64,000 nucleotides of DNA. Origin: Acidobacteriota bacterium (lineage in GTDB: Bacteria > Acidobacteriota > Thermoanaerobaculia > Thermoanaerobaculales > Sulfomarinibacteraceae). Below, piece after piece: positions 50,090-62,234 of this stretch (position 1 is the first letter of the stretch; the number at the start of each line of letters is the position of its first letter). The stretch covers positions 1,951-65,950 of the forward strand of contig JAHECW010000003.1 in assembly GCA_024641545.1 (NCBI GenBank). Reading direction: 5' to 3'. The translations under genes and the position numbers were made by a program. The notes beneath the pieces are model-generated. The model worked only from the letters and a program-made list of their open reading frames with translations, did no database searches and was not told the DNA's origin.

Positions 50090-52351
50090 ATGCGTTCCCT
50101 GCTCGTTCTTCTCGTGCTGTCTACCCTCATGTTCACAGTTGTCGCCGACGCCGCCGAGCGGCCGATCCTGGTTCGGGTCGAGGTCGGCGACCGCGCCGAG
50201 GCCCGCGAGGTCGGGGAGATCCTCAGCCTCGATGAGACGACGCGCGGCAATGTTCTCTACGGGTGGGGCACGGTCAAGGACATCGAGGCGGTGGAGAGGC
50301 TCGGCTATCTCGTCGAGGTCGTGCCGCTGGAACCGAAGGACCCCGACGCGCTCACGATGTGCTCCGAGCCGTTCGCGCCGCCGTTCCCGTGGAACTGCTA
50401 CCCGACGTGGTCGCAGTTCGAGACCATGATGAACTACTACGCGACGACCTACCCGTCGATCGCGCGGCTGGTCAACCTCGGGATGTCGGGTCAGGGGGAC
50501 CACGAGCTCTGGGCGCTCAAGATCACCGACAACCCCGACATCGAGGAGAACGAGCCCGAGGTCCTCTACACCGGGACCATGCACGGCGACGAGCTGGTCT
50601 GCTACGGGACCACCGTCCACCTCATCGACCACATCCTGGCGAGCTACGGCAGCGATCCTCAGATCAACAGGCTGGTGGACGAGACCGTTCTCTGGTTCAA
50701 CCCGCTGTCCAACCCCGACGGCACCTTCGACGGCGGAGACACCAATGTCAGCGGGGCGAGTCGAGGGTTGCCGGCCTCGGGTTATGCCGACCCCAACCGG
50801 AGCTTCCCGGATCCGAGCGTGCCCGAGGATCCCATGTCTCCGGGCTGGCCGGCCGAGGTGCAGGACATGATGGATCTGGCGGCGGCCGAGCACTTCACGA
50901 TCGCCGCCAACTGCCACGCCGGCGCGGAGGTCTTCAACTACCCGTGGGATGTCTGGAGCGTGCGGCACGTCGATGATGACTGGTGGATCGCGGCGGGTAC
51001 CGGCTACGCATCCAGCGCCCAGGCGGCGAGCCCGAGCGGCTACTTCACCATGTGTCCCGGCGCTTGCCCATTCCCGGGGGTCACCAACGGCTACGACTGG
51101 TACACCACCTCCGGCAACCGCCAGGATTTCATGAACTGGTACCACGGCTGCCGTGAGGTCACCCTCGAGCTGGCGGATGCCAAGTCACTGGATGTCAATC
51201 AGCTCGACGCCCACTTCGGCTACAACCGGCAGTCGCTGCTCGACTACTTCGAACTGTCGTTGACCGGGATCCGCGGGGTGGTCACCGACGCCGTTTCGGG
51301 CGCGCCGGTGGCGGCCGAGATCCGGGTTGTCGGTCACGACCTCGAGGCGCAGCGCAGCTGGGTGAGCACCGATCCCGAGATCGGCGACTACCACCGCCTC
51401 ATCGATCCCGGTACCCACGATCTCGAGATCAGCGCTCCGGGCTACGAGTCCGCGACCGTCAGCGGCGTCGTGGTGACGGCCGGATCCGACGCGACTATCC
51501 AAGATGTCGTGCTGACGCCGCTGCCGCGCTACACGGTGACTGGAATCGTCACCGATGCGGCGACCGCGGCGGCCGTGCCCGGCGCCACCGTGACGTTGGT
51601 CGGGACCTCGCTCACGCCGGCGACCACCGGTCCGACCGGCAGCTACACCATCACCGATGTTTGGGAGGGGACCTACGTCTTCCGCGTCGAGGCGCCGGGT
51701 TATGGCGTCGTCGAGACCGATCTCGCCGTCGGCCCCGGGAGCACCGTTCACGACTTCAGCTTGACGGTGGTCGTCACCTTCTTCACCGCGGATTTCGAAA
51801 GCGACGACGGTGGTCTGATTCCGTCCCAGGGGTGGGCCTGGGGTATCGACGCCACCGCCGGCTCGCACTCCCCGACCAGGGTGTGGGGCACCGTCCTCAA
51901 CGGCAACTACAGCAGCAGCGTTCAGTGGACCGTGACGACACCCTCGATGGCCCTCCCCGCCGGCGACGGCGCCGAGCTCCGCTTCTGGCAGTGGTACGCC
52001 ATCGAAAGCGGCTACGACGGCGGCAACATCAAGGTCGCCGTCGACGGCGGCGCCTTCAACCTGGTGACGCCGACGCCCGGTTACAACGACCCGACCATCA
52101 CCGCCTTCGGCGATACCCCCGGTTTCACCGGCAGCGCCGGCTGGCACGAGGTCGTCGTCGACCTGACGCCTTTTGCCGGACACTCGGTCGAGATCCGCTG
52201 GACCCTCGGCAGCGACGGCAGCATCACCGAACGCGGCTGGTACCTCGATGACATGACGGTCACCGTCTGGGGCGGCGAGGTCGTGCCGCCGTTCTTCGCC
52301 GACGGCTTCGAGTCCGGCGACACGACGGCGTGGTGGTCGGCAGAGCCTTAG
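50090..52351 (+). CDS. secreted M14 zinc carboxypeptidase with CarboxypepD_reg-like and jelly-roll C-terminal domains
   Basis: Signal peptide MRSLLVLLVLSTLMFTVVADA. Zinc site YTGTMHGDELV. Two GVVTDA..G.P domains. A final ~170-aa domain starts FFTADFESDDGG. C-terminal tail FFADGFESGDTTAWWSAEP. Confidence 0.85.
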   Translation: MRSLLVLLVLSTLMFTVVADAAERPILVRVEVGDRAEAREVGEILSLDETTRGNVLYGWGTVKDIEAVERLGYLVEVVPLEPKDPDALTMCSEPFAPPFPWNCYPTWSQFETMMNYYATTYPSIARLVNLGMSGQGDHELWALKITDNPDIEENEPEVLYTGTMHGDELVCYGTTVHLIDHILASYGSDPQINRLVDETVLWFNPLSNPDGTFDGGDTNVSGASRGLPASGYADPNRSFPDPSVPEDPMSPGWPAEVQDMMDLAAAEHFTIAANCHAGAEVFNYPWDVWSVRHVDDDWWIAAGTGYASSAQAASPSGYFTMCPGACPFPGVTNGYDWYTTSGNRQDFMNWYHGCREVTLELADAKSLDVNQLDAHFGYNRQSLLDYFELSLTGIRGVVTDAVSGAPVAAEIRVVGHDLEAQRSWVSTDPEIGDYHRLIDPGTHDLEISAPGYESATVSGVVVTAGSDATIQDVVLTPLPRYTVTGIVTDAATAAAVPGATVTLVGTSLTPATTGPTGSYTITDVWEGTYVFRVEAPGYGVVETDLAVGPGSTVHDFSLTVVVTFFTADFESDDGGLIPSQGWAWGIDATAGSHSPTRVWGTVLNGNYSSSVQWTVTTPSMALPAGDGAELRFWQWYAIESGYDGGNIKVAVDGGAFNLVTPTPGYNDPTITAFGDTPGFTGSAGWHEVVVDLTPFAGHSVEIRWTLGSDGSITERGWYLDDMTVTVWGGEVVPPFFADGFESGDTTAWWSAEP

Positions 52352-52357
52352 TTGCAA

Positions 52358-52437
52358 CGCAAAGACGCAGAGTCCGCAATCAGGATTGCAACGAGCGGAC
52401 GGCTGACCGTTCCTTTCGAGGCCCCTGCGTCTTTGCG
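52358..52437. repeat. 13-bp perfect inverted repeat hairpin between convergent genes
   Basis: CGCAAAGACGCAG (52358-52370) and CTGCGTCTTTGCG (52425-52437), with inner GTCCGC/GCGGAC and TTGCAACG x2. Confidence 0.8.
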
Positions 52438-52444
52438 GTGAATC

Positions 52445-54412
<1,968 letters not shown>

Positions 54413-54528
54413 GGCTTACTCCTGGTCGATGTCGTCAACGGGAATGCGCTCCGTTGGGCAAAACTCATGCATCGTTGAATCACCATATCAGTGACCGGTA
54501 CTCTTGACTCGCCGCAGCGTGGCATCCG

Positions 54529-55131
54529 TCACAGCAGCTGCCTCAGGTGGGTGGCGTCGAGCCGCGCGCGCAGGGCCAGGAAGAGCTCGGCGGTGGCCAG
54601 TGCGTCGGCGAGGGCGTGGTGGGATCGGTGCCGCGGCAGGCCGAGGTGTTCGCGCGCGGCGTCCAGGCCGCGCGGCAATGACGGCGGGTAGGGTTGAAGC
54701 CGCTCCATGCGTTGTTCGAGCCGGTACAGGAGCTGCACCGTGTCGACCACCGACGGCCCCGGCCAGCGGTATCGATTGCGGCGCGCGGCGGCCTTGAGAA
54801 AGCGGAGATCGACCGGGGCGTGGTGGACGAGGAGGACACGGCCCTCGAGTCGCTGGAAGACCTGCCGCACGACCTCGTGCTCGTCCGGTGCGAGCGCGGT
54901 GTCGCCCGGCAGGATCTGATGGACGCCGAGGGCGCCCGCTTCCGACGCCTCCCCGGCGCCCCTCACCAGGGTGTACAACCGCTCGCCCCAGCGAATGACG
55001 CCGTCTCGCACCGGCACCATGCCCACCGAAAGAATGTGGTCGCGACGCGGATCGAGACCCGTGGTTTCGAGATCCAGCGCCCAGTAGGTCGCATCGAACC
55101 ACGGCTGCCGGCGACCGGCCCACCATTTCAT
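54529..55131 (-). CDS. DnaQ-like 3'-5' exonuclease (DEDDh)
   Basis: Start at MKWWAGRR, with ATGA overlap to the upstream gene. Exo I WALDLETTGL and Exo III HHALADALATAE. Confidence 0.8.
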   Translation of the reverse strand: MKWWAGRRQPWFDATYWALDLETTGLDPRRDHILSVGMVPVRDGVIRWGERLYTLVRGAGEASEAGALGVHQILPGDTALAPDEHEVVRQVFQRLEGRVLLVHHAPVDLRFLKAAARRNRYRWPGPSVVDTVQLLYRLEQRMERLQPYPPSLPRGLDAAREHLGLPRHRSHHALADALATAELFLALRARLDATHLRQLL

Positions 55132-56999
55132 CCGAGCCGATCCGTGCCGAAGCGTTGGGTCAGAGATTCCTGGATCTCGCGGATCAGGGCGAAGCTGTCC
55201 TTGAGGTGGCGGCGCTCGAGGGACACCAGTTCGGCCAGGGGAATCCGGTTGTCGATCGGTCGGCCCCCGGCGTGGGCGCGGAGCTGGTGTTCGAGGCGGA
55301 GGCGGTGAATATAGCGAAAGGCCTCGGACAGACCATCGGCGCCGTCGGTGCTGAGGATCCCCGCCTCGCGCGCCGCCTGCAGCCGGTCGAGGGTGGCGCG
55401 GGAGCGACAGCCGGCTTCGAGGCCGACCACCCTGGCCAGGGAGACGATCGGCAGGATCCCGCCCTTCTTGACATCGATGCCTCCGTTTTCGTCTTTGAGC
55501 GTTCGAAACAGCCCGAGGGGCGGGCGGAACCGAAGACCGGCTGCGGCGAGGTGGGCGAGGAAGATCCGATTGCCGGCTGCGTCGTCGAGGACCCCGTCGA
55601 GGGCGTCCAGCGCCAGAGTTCCCCAGACTCGGCGGAAGTCGAAGAAGTTCGCGGCGCCGAGCAGTGCCTCGGGCTCGGGCTCGGCCACCCAGGAGGCGAA
55701 GAGAGACTCCCACTCGGTGAGCGGTTTGCACCAGTTGACCGCCATGAAGCCGCCGGCGCAGCGGGGGAACGAGGCGTGGACAAGGCCGCGCACCACGTAG
55801 TTGGCGAGTTGGGGAAAATATCGCCGGGCCGCCTTCCCGTTCTCGAGATAGACCAGGGCGTTGTCCTGATCGGTGAGCAGGGTCTGTTCGCGCCGACCTT
55901 CCGAACCGTGAACCATGAGCGCGTACCGGCAGGGCGGCGGCCCCAGCTCTTCCTCGGCCGCGCGCGCCACGCGAGCGATCACCGCGTCGTTGAGGGTCGA
56001 CACCACGTGCCCGATCTGGGCCGCATCGAGCCCGCTCACGACCATGTTCTCGACGAGACCGGCGAGGCGGTTGCCGTAGTCGGTCAGGACCTCCAACGAA
56101 GGTGCACGTTCGATGGACTTGAGCAGGTGGAACGGGCTCGTGAGGTGCTCGCGCAGCAGATCCGTGTCGGTTGCCACGCCGACGACTTCGCCGTCCTCAA
56201 GCAGCGGTACGTGGTGAACCCGGTGCTCGAGCATGAACACCAACATGGCGTAGAGCGAGGCCTCGGCATCCAGGGTGTGGATCGGCCGGGTCCAGGCTCG
56301 GGACACCGGCGTGTCCGCCGGCAGCCCGCGAGCCAGTACACGGTTGCGCAGATCGCGGTCGGTGAGAATCGCGAGCGGCGAGGTGTCGACGAGCACCGAA
56401 CTCACGCCGGCGCTGCTCATCACCCGCGCCGCCTCGGCGACGGTTGCGTCGGCGGCGACCATCACCGGCGGCCGGTCGCAGAGTTCGCGTGCCGGAGAGG
56501 CGAGATCGGCGGACATCAGTGCCGGCTCCGCCCGGAGAGCCCGGCGCAGCCGCTGTTGGAGACCGTCGAGGAAGAAGGCGGCGAAGGCCGGCTCGTCCAT
56601 GAGCTGGTCGAAGGTGACCTTCGGGATTCGGTAGAGCAGGCACTCTTCCTCGGCGACCACATCCACCGTCGGGCCGCTGCCCGAGATCAGCGAAGGAAAA
56701 CCGAAGCACTCGCCCTCCTCGAGAAGCTCGAGGCGGCGCTGTTCCGCCTCGAGTCGAACCACTCCTCTCCGCACGACGTAGAGCCAGGTGTTGATCGGAT
56801 CGGATCGGCTCAGAACGGGAGAGTTGCGGTTGGCGTAGCTGATTTCGAGAGTGCGACCGACCGCCTCCAGCGATGTCTGAGGCAGGCGGTCGAATGGCGG
56901 GTGTGCGCGCAGGAACTCGACCGGGTCGAGCGGGACCCCGTCGTTGAAAGAGGCCCCCGCGCTCGCGCGCGGGGGCGTCGATGGACGATCGTCATGCAT
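55128..56999 (-). CDS. cNMP-binding + tandem CBS + DUF294 putative nucleotidyltransferase protein
   Basis: 623 aa. A cyclic-nucleotide-binding-like N-terminus (GECFGFPSL), two CBS modules, the NTase motif GSEGRREQTLLTDQDNALV and a DUF294_C-like tail. Confidence 0.8.
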   Translation of the reverse strand: MHDDRPSTPPRASAGASFNDGVPLDPVEFLRAHPPFDRLPQTSLEAVGRTLEISYANRNSPVLSRSDPINTWLYVVRRGVVRLEAEQRRLELLEEGECFGFPSLISGSGPTVDVVAEEECLLYRIPKVTFDQLMDEPAFAAFFLDGLQQRLRRALRAEPALMSADLASPARELCDRPPVMVAADATVAEAARVMSSAGVSSVLVDTSPLAILTDRDLRNRVLARGLPADTPVSRAWTRPIHTLDAEASLYAMLVFMLEHRVHHVPLLEDGEVVGVATDTDLLREHLTSPFHLLKSIERAPSLEVLTDYGNRLAGLVENMVVSGLDAAQIGHVVSTLNDAVIARVARAAEEELGPPPCRYALMVHGSEGRREQTLLTDQDNALVYLENGKAARRYFPQLANYVVRGLVHASFPRCAGGFMAVNWCKPLTEWESLFASWVAEPEPEALLGAANFFDFRRVWGTLALDALDGVLDDAAGNRIFLAHLAAAGLRFRPPLGLFRTLKDENGGIDVKKGGILPIVSLARVVGLEAGCRSRATLDRLQAAREAGILSTDGADGLSEAFRYIHRLRLEHQLRAHAGGRPIDNRIPLAELVSLERRHLKDSFALIREIQESLTQRFGTDRLG

Positions 57000-58665
57000 G
57001 GGTGGCTTGGCCGGATCCCTTCGGAACGCGGAGGTTGAGCACCATGTCCTGGATTTCCTTCGGCGGCGGCGCCGTCATTCTCGATACGACAAAGGTGGTG
57101 ACGAGGTTGAAGATCATCCCCACGGTACCAATTCCCTGCGCCGAGATGTTGAAGAAGAACGGCGGCATCCCGAAGAACCGGTTGCCGATGATGTAGAAGC
57201 CGGTGAAACCGAGCCCGACCACCATTCCGGCGATGGCCCCCTCCTTGTTGGTGCGGGCGTCGAAGATCCCGAGCAGGATGACCGGGAAGAACGAGGCGGC
57301 CGCGAAACCGAACGCGAAGGCGACGACCTCGGCGACAAACCCCGGCGGGTTGATTCCGAAATAGCCGGCGACGATGATGGCGCCGAAGATCACACCGCGG
57401 CCGACCGCCAGCCGTTTTGCCTCGCTGGCCTCGGGGTTGATGAGGCGGGCGTAGAAATCGTGGGCCACCGAGCTCGAGATCACCAGGAGCAGCCCGGCGG
57501 CGGTGGACAGCGCCGCCGCCAGTCCGCCGGCGGCGACCAGCGCGATCACCCACGGCGCCATCTTGGCGACCTCGGGCGTCGACAGGACGATGATGTCGCG
57601 GTCGATCTTGATCTCCGAGGTGGTCTTGTCGGGCGTCATCTCGATGATGCCGTTGCCGTTCTTGTCCTCGAAGCCGAGGAGTCCGGTTTTCTCCCAACTC
57701 GCCGCCCAGTCGAGCTGCTGGATCTGGGCCACCGACTTGCCGTGGATGCTGTTGATCAGGTTGTAGCGGGCAAAGGCGGCGAGGGCCGGGGCGGTGGTGT
57801 AGAGCAGCGCGATGAAGAACAGCGCCCAGCCGGCCGAGTACCGCGCCGCGCGCACGTTGCGCACGGTGTAGAAGCGGACGATGATGTGCGGCAGCCCGGC
57901 GGTGCCCGCCATGAGCGCGAGGGTGATGCAGAAGACGTCGATGGCCGACTTCGAGGCGAACGGCTGGGTGTACTCGGTGAACCCGAGGTCGACCTGGATC
58001 TGGTTGAGCCGCGGCACGATGTCCGAGAACGTGAAGCTGAGCTGCGGAATCGGGTTGCCGGTCATGGTCCAGGCCAACGCGATCGCCGGAATCATAAAGG
58101 CGGAGATAAGGACGAAGTACTGCGCGACCTGGGTCCAGGTGATCCCCTTCATTCCGCCGAGAACGGCGAAGAACGCGACGATGGTCATGCCGATGATGAC
58201 GCCCCAGGTGATCGGGACATTGAGGAACCGCGAAAAGACGACGCCGACGCCGCGCATCTGGCCGGCGACATAGGTCAGCGACACAAAGACCGCGGCGACG
58301 GCGGCGATGACCCTCGCCACCGACGAGTAGTAGCGATCGCCGACGAAGTCGGGAACCGTGTACTTGCCGAACTTCCGCAGGTACGGGGCGAGGAGCAGGG
58401 CGAGCAGCACGTAGCCGCCGGTCCAGCCCATGAGGTAGACGGTGCCGTCGTAACCCATGAACGAGATCAGGCCCGCCATGGAGATGAACGACGCGGCCGA
58501 CATCCAGTCGGCGCCGGTGGCGGCGCCGTTGGCGATGGCCGGGACGCCGCGACCGGCGACATAGAAGCCGCCGGTGTCTTTGACGCGGTTGTAGTAGCCG
58601 ATGTAGAGATAGACGGCGAAGGTGATGCCGACGAAGCCATAAGTCCATACTTCGACGCTCATCAT
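56992..58665 (-). CDS. actP: cation/acetate symporter (SSS family)
   Basis: 557 aa with about 13-14 TM helices, collinear with ActP-type sodium:solute symporters. Overlaps both neighbours by 4-8 nt. Confidence 0.85.
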   Translation of the reverse strand: MMSVEVWTYGFVGITFAVYLYIGYYNRVKDTGGFYVAGRGVPAIANGAATGADWMSAASFISMAGLISFMGYDGTVYLMGWTGGYVLLALLLAPYLRKFGKYTVPDFVGDRYYSSVARVIAAVAAVFVSLTYVAGQMRGVGVVFSRFLNVPITWGVIIGMTIVAFFAVLGGMKGITWTQVAQYFVLISAFMIPAIALAWTMTGNPIPQLSFTFSDIVPRLNQIQVDLGFTEYTQPFASKSAIDVFCITLALMAGTAGLPHIIVRFYTVRNVRAARYSAGWALFFIALLYTTAPALAAFARYNLINSIHGKSVAQIQQLDWAASWEKTGLLGFEDKNGNGIIEMTPDKTTSEIKIDRDIIVLSTPEVAKMAPWVIALVAAGGLAAALSTAAGLLLVISSSVAHDFYARLINPEASEAKRLAVGRGVIFGAIIVAGYFGINPPGFVAEVVAFAFGFAAASFFPVILLGIFDARTNKEGAIAGMVVGLGFTGFYIIGNRFFGMPPFFFNISAQGIGTVGMIFNLVTTFVVSRMTAPPPKEIQDMVLNLRVPKGSGQATHA

Positions 58666-58907
58666 TCATCCTCCCCCACACCGTACTTGCGATCGAGCAC
58701 ATCCATGACCTTGGCGTAGACGAAAATCAGGATCACGAAGACGAACATCGAGCCCTGCTGGGCCCACCAGAAGCTCATCGGCAGCGATCCGATCTTGATG
58801 CCGTAGAGCGCCTTGGCGCCGAAGATGGCGAACCCGTACGAGACGGTCGCCCAGATTGTCAAGAGAACCGCGATGAGGATCTTGTTCTTTCTCCAGTACT
58901 CGTTCAT
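58662..58907 (-). CDS. DUF4212-type small membrane subunit of solute:sodium symporter
   Basis: 81 aa with two TM helices (SFWWAQQGSMFVFVILIFVYA). ATGA-type overlap with actP. Confidence 0.75.
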   Translation of the reverse strand: MNEYWRKNKILIAVLLTIWATVSYGFAIFGAKALYGIKIGSLPMSFWWAQQGSMFVFVILIFVYAKVMDVLDRKYGVGEDE

Positions 58908-58959
58908 TGATCATCCCTCCTGAGATGGCTTGGGTTCAGCTGCCCGAGTTCCATCGAGC

Positions 58960-60054
58960 TCAAAACATGAACACCTGAACTTGAAGAATGCCCCGAAAAC
59001 GATTCGGGGCGCCGTCGGTCTCGAGCTCGCCGAGGCCGAGCTTGATGTTCAGTCGCTGACCCATCGGGTAGTAGGCCAGACCGGCCTGCCAACTGGTCTG
59101 TTTCGGCGCCGATTCGGCCGCCGGGTCGCGGACGAGATACTGCAGGAAGGGCGCCAGTTTGATCTTGCCGAAGTAGTAGGCGACCTCGAAGAGCCAGGCG
59201 TCGGTCTCCGGCAGCGAGGTCAGGAAGTCGCCGCCGTCGTAGTGCACCCAGTCCGCCTGCAGGGTGAGCCCGTCGGAGCTGAAGAGCGGGTAGTCGAAGA
59301 AGACATCGAAGGCGTAGGTGCTGTAGTCGTCCTGGGTGTCGTAGCTGGCGCCGACCGAGAGCAGCTTCTTCTTGCCGAGCGAGCTTCCGACGTAGAACAG
59401 CCCCTTCTGCGGTTCGAGGAAATTCCACATGACACGACCGGTGTAGCGGAGGTCGTTGCTGCCGTCTTCGCCGCGATTGCCCTGGAAAACGCCGGCCCGG
59501 TACTCGAGGTGGTCGCCGGCGAGATAGCCGCGCGCCAGGATTCCGTAGTCGCGGCCGACGTTGGCGGTGGTCGGCGCCGACGACAGGAAGGAGTACGCAC
59601 CGTAGTCCACCGGCAGCAGCGAGGCCGCCGACTGGGTGCAGTTGTAACAGGTCGGAATCAGGATGAGACCGGCGTCGAGGGTGATCGCCTCGGCGAACTT
59701 GTAACTCAGGACGAAATCCTGGATGTAGACGTCCGAGCGTTGCTTGGTTCCGTCGGGGTTGCCCTTGCCCAGGTTCGGGCTGTCGGTCTCCATGAAGAAG
59801 GTGAACTTGTCGGTGATCTTGCCGCCGGCGAGCAGGCGCAACCGCCGGAAGTACAGGTCCTTTGCCGGGTCGTTCCCTTCGACCGAGTCGAAGGTTTCGG
59901 CCCGCCCCTGGACCAGGAAGCCGAACTTGATCGAGGATGCCCCGTCCTTGGACTCGATGACCCACTGGGCGTCGGCCGGTTCGGCCGCCGCCAAGACCAG
60001 GGCGACCGCAACCAGACACATCATCAGGGCTCGCCGTTGACTCTTTCCCCCCAT
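58960..60054 (-). CDS. outer-membrane porin (phosphate-selective porin O/P-like)
   Basis: Start at MGGKSQRRALMMCLVAVALVLAAAEPADA with AAGGAGGG upstream. Alternating beta-strand pattern and C-terminal ...LQVQVFMF. Confidence 0.7.
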   Translation of the reverse strand: MGGKSQRRALMMCLVAVALVLAAAEPADAQWVIESKDGASSIKFGFLVQGRAETFDSVEGNDPAKDLYFRRLRLLAGGKITDKFTFFMETDSPNLGKGNPDGTKQRSDVYIQDFVLSYKFAEAITLDAGLILIPTCYNCTQSAASLLPVDYGAYSFLSSAPTTANVGRDYGILARGYLAGDHLEYRAGVFQGNRGEDGSNDLRYTGRVMWNFLEPQKGLFYVGSSLGKKKLLSVGASYDTQDDYSTYAFDVFFDYPLFSSDGLTLQADWVHYDGGDFLTSLPETDAWLFEVAYYFGKIKLAPFLQYLVRDPAAESAPKQTSWQAGLAYYPMGQRLNIKLGLGELETDGAPNRFRGILQVQVFMF

Positions 60055-60274
60055 ACCGTCCCTCCTTTGGGCAGCCGGCCGTTTGATCCGGCCGCGAAGA
60101 TGTTGGGAGCAAGGTGCTCCGTCGATACATGCTGTTCGCGCGTCTGAGTTGCAACTCTTCATCGACGCTAACCATAGTTGCTAAATTGAGCAAGTCGCGA
60201 TGCGGCAATTCAAGACCAGGAATCATTTTCTGTTAGGATCGGGGTGACGAAGATCACCTATCGGAGGGCGCAAG

Positions 60275-62221
60275 ATGTCTGACCAGAACCGTCCGGACGT
60301 GGACCTGACCACCAGCCAACGCGCCGCCATCGAGGCGCTGATGCAGCGAGAGGAACCGATCCGGCCGCCGCTTTGGATGCGGCGCGGTGCGGCCATCGAC
60401 TACGCAACGGAATGCGCCCACGCCGACGAGGATCCGGCGGGGTTCTGGGCGGAGAAGGCGGCGGCCGTCGAGTGGTTCTCCCGCTGGGATCGGGTACTCG
60501 ATTTCGACCCGCCCCACCACCGCTGGTTTTCAGGCGGCACCCTCAACGCCACCGTCAGCTGCATCGACCGCCATGTCCACTCGGACCGCCGCAACAAGGC
60601 GGCCATCATCTGGATAGGTGAGACCGGTGAGGAGCGCACCTACACTTACAACCGCCTCTACCGCGAGGTGAACCGCTTCGCCAACGCCCTCAAGGCGCTC
60701 GGGGTCGAGACCGGCGACCGGGTCGTGCTCTACATGCCGCTGGTGCCCGAAGGCATCGTGGCGATGCTCGCGTGCGCCCGCATCGGCGCCATCCACTCGG
60801 TCGTCTACGCGGGCATGGGGAGTCAGTCGCTCAAGGCCCGCATCGAGGATGCCGGCGCCAAGGTGGTCATCTGCTCGGACTTCACTTTTCGCCGCGGCAA
60901 GGCGGTTCCCCTCAAGCCCACCGTCGATGAAGCGGTGCGCGATCTCTATGCCGTCGAGCACGTCATCGTCCACCGCCGCGGCTCACGGCCGGGCGACGAC
61001 CGGGTCGAGTTCGAGTCCGAGCGTGAGTACGATTTCTACGACATCCAGGAGCCGCGGGCGGTGCACTGCGAACCGGTTCCGGTGGACGCCGAACACCCGC
61101 TCTTCATCCTCTACACTTCGGGCACCACGGGACGGCCGAAGGGGGTGGTCCACGCCACCGGCGGATATCTGGTGGGCACCACCTACCTGAGCCGCGCCTT
61201 TTACCAGATCCAGGATCGCGACATCTACTGGTCGACCTCGGACATCGGCTGGATCGTCGGCCACTCGTTCATCGTCTACGGCCCGCTCTCGGTGGGCGCC
61301 ACCGTGCTCTGCCGCGAAGGGGTCCCGGACTACCCGTCGCCGGACGTGACCTGGGAACTGTGCGAGCGCTTCGGCGTCAACGTCATGTTCACCGCGCCGA
61401 CCGCGGTGCGGATGTGGATGAGCCACGGCGGCGACGTGCCGTCGAAGTTCGATCTGTCCAGGCTGCGGCTGGTGGCGTGCGCCGGGGAGCCCCTCAACCC
61501 CGAGGCGCACCGCTGGGCGCAGCGGTACCTCGTGTCGCAGGCCGACGGCTACGTCGTCGACAACTGGTGGCAGACCGAGATCGCGGGGCCGGTGCTCGGC
61601 ACGCTGCCCAACTTCGAGGCGCGGCCCGGCAAGGTCGGCCGACCGATGCCCGGGGTCGATGCCGCGGTGGTGGACCCCTCCGGACAACCGGTGGAGGCCG
61701 GCCAGGGCGGTTTGCTGGTCATCCGCAAGCCCCTGCCGTACATGCTGCGCACGGTGTGGAACGACCCCGACCGGTACGCCGAGTACTGGTCGTCCATCGA
61801 CGGTTGCTACGCCGCCGGCGACGTCGCCTTCAACGATCGGGACGGCTACATCGGCGTGCTCGGGAGGGCCGACGACGTCATCAACGTGGCCGGCCACCGG
61901 ATCGGCACCGCCGATGTCGAGAGCTCGCTGCTGCGGCATCCCGCGGTGGCCGAGAGCGCCGTCGTCGGCCTGCCGGACGAGCTCAAGGGCGAACGGATCG
62001 TGGTCTTTTTGGTGGTCAAGCCCGGGATCGAGGTCGGCACGGGTCTCAGGGGAAGCCTGAGGGACCACGTCCGCGAGGACCTCGGACCCATCGCGACGCC
62101 GTCCGAGATCATCCTCCGTGATTCGCTGCCCAAGACCCGGTCGGGCAAGATCATGCGGCGGCTGCTCAAGGCCGAGGCCATGGGGGAGGATCCGGGCGAC
62201 ACCTCGACCCTGGCGGACTGA
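60275..62221 (+). CDS. acetyl-CoA synthetase-family acyl-CoA ligase (second paralog)
   Basis: 648 aa: [29 protein letters not shown]. Substrate (acetate or propionate) undetermined. Confidence 0.85.
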   Translation: MSDQNRPDVDLTTSQRAAIEALMQREEPIRPPLWMRRGAAIDYATECAHADEDPAGFWAEKAAAVEWFSRWDRVLDFDPPHHRWFSGGTLNATVSCIDRHVHSDRRNKAAIIWIGETGEERTYTYNRLYREVNRFANALKALGVETGDRVVLYMPLVPEGIVAMLACARIGAIHSVVYAGMGSQSLKARIEDAGAKVVICSDFTFRRGKAVPLKPTVDEAVRDLYAVEHVIVHRRGSRPGDDRVEFESEREYDFYDIQEPRAVHCEPVPVDAEHPLFILYTSGTTGRPKGVVHATGGYLVGTTYLSRAFYQIQDRDIYWSTSDIGWIVGHSFIVYGPLSVGATVLCREGVPDYPSPDVTWELCERFGVNVMFTAPTAVRMWMSHGGDVPSKFDLSRLRLVACAGEPLNPEAHRWAQRYLVSQADGYVVDNWWQTEIAGPVLGTLPNFEARPGKVGRPMPGVDAAVVDPSGQPVEAGQGGLLVIRKPLPYMLRTVWNDPDRYAEYWSSIDGCYAAGDVAFNDRDGYIGVLGRADDVINVAGHRIGTADVESSLLRHPAVAESAVVGLPDELKGERIVVFLVVKPGIEVGTGLRGSLRDHVREDLGPIATPSEIILRDSLPKTRSGKIMRRLLKAEAMGEDPGDTSTLAD

Positions 62222-62234
62222 ACGAGTCGAGCCG

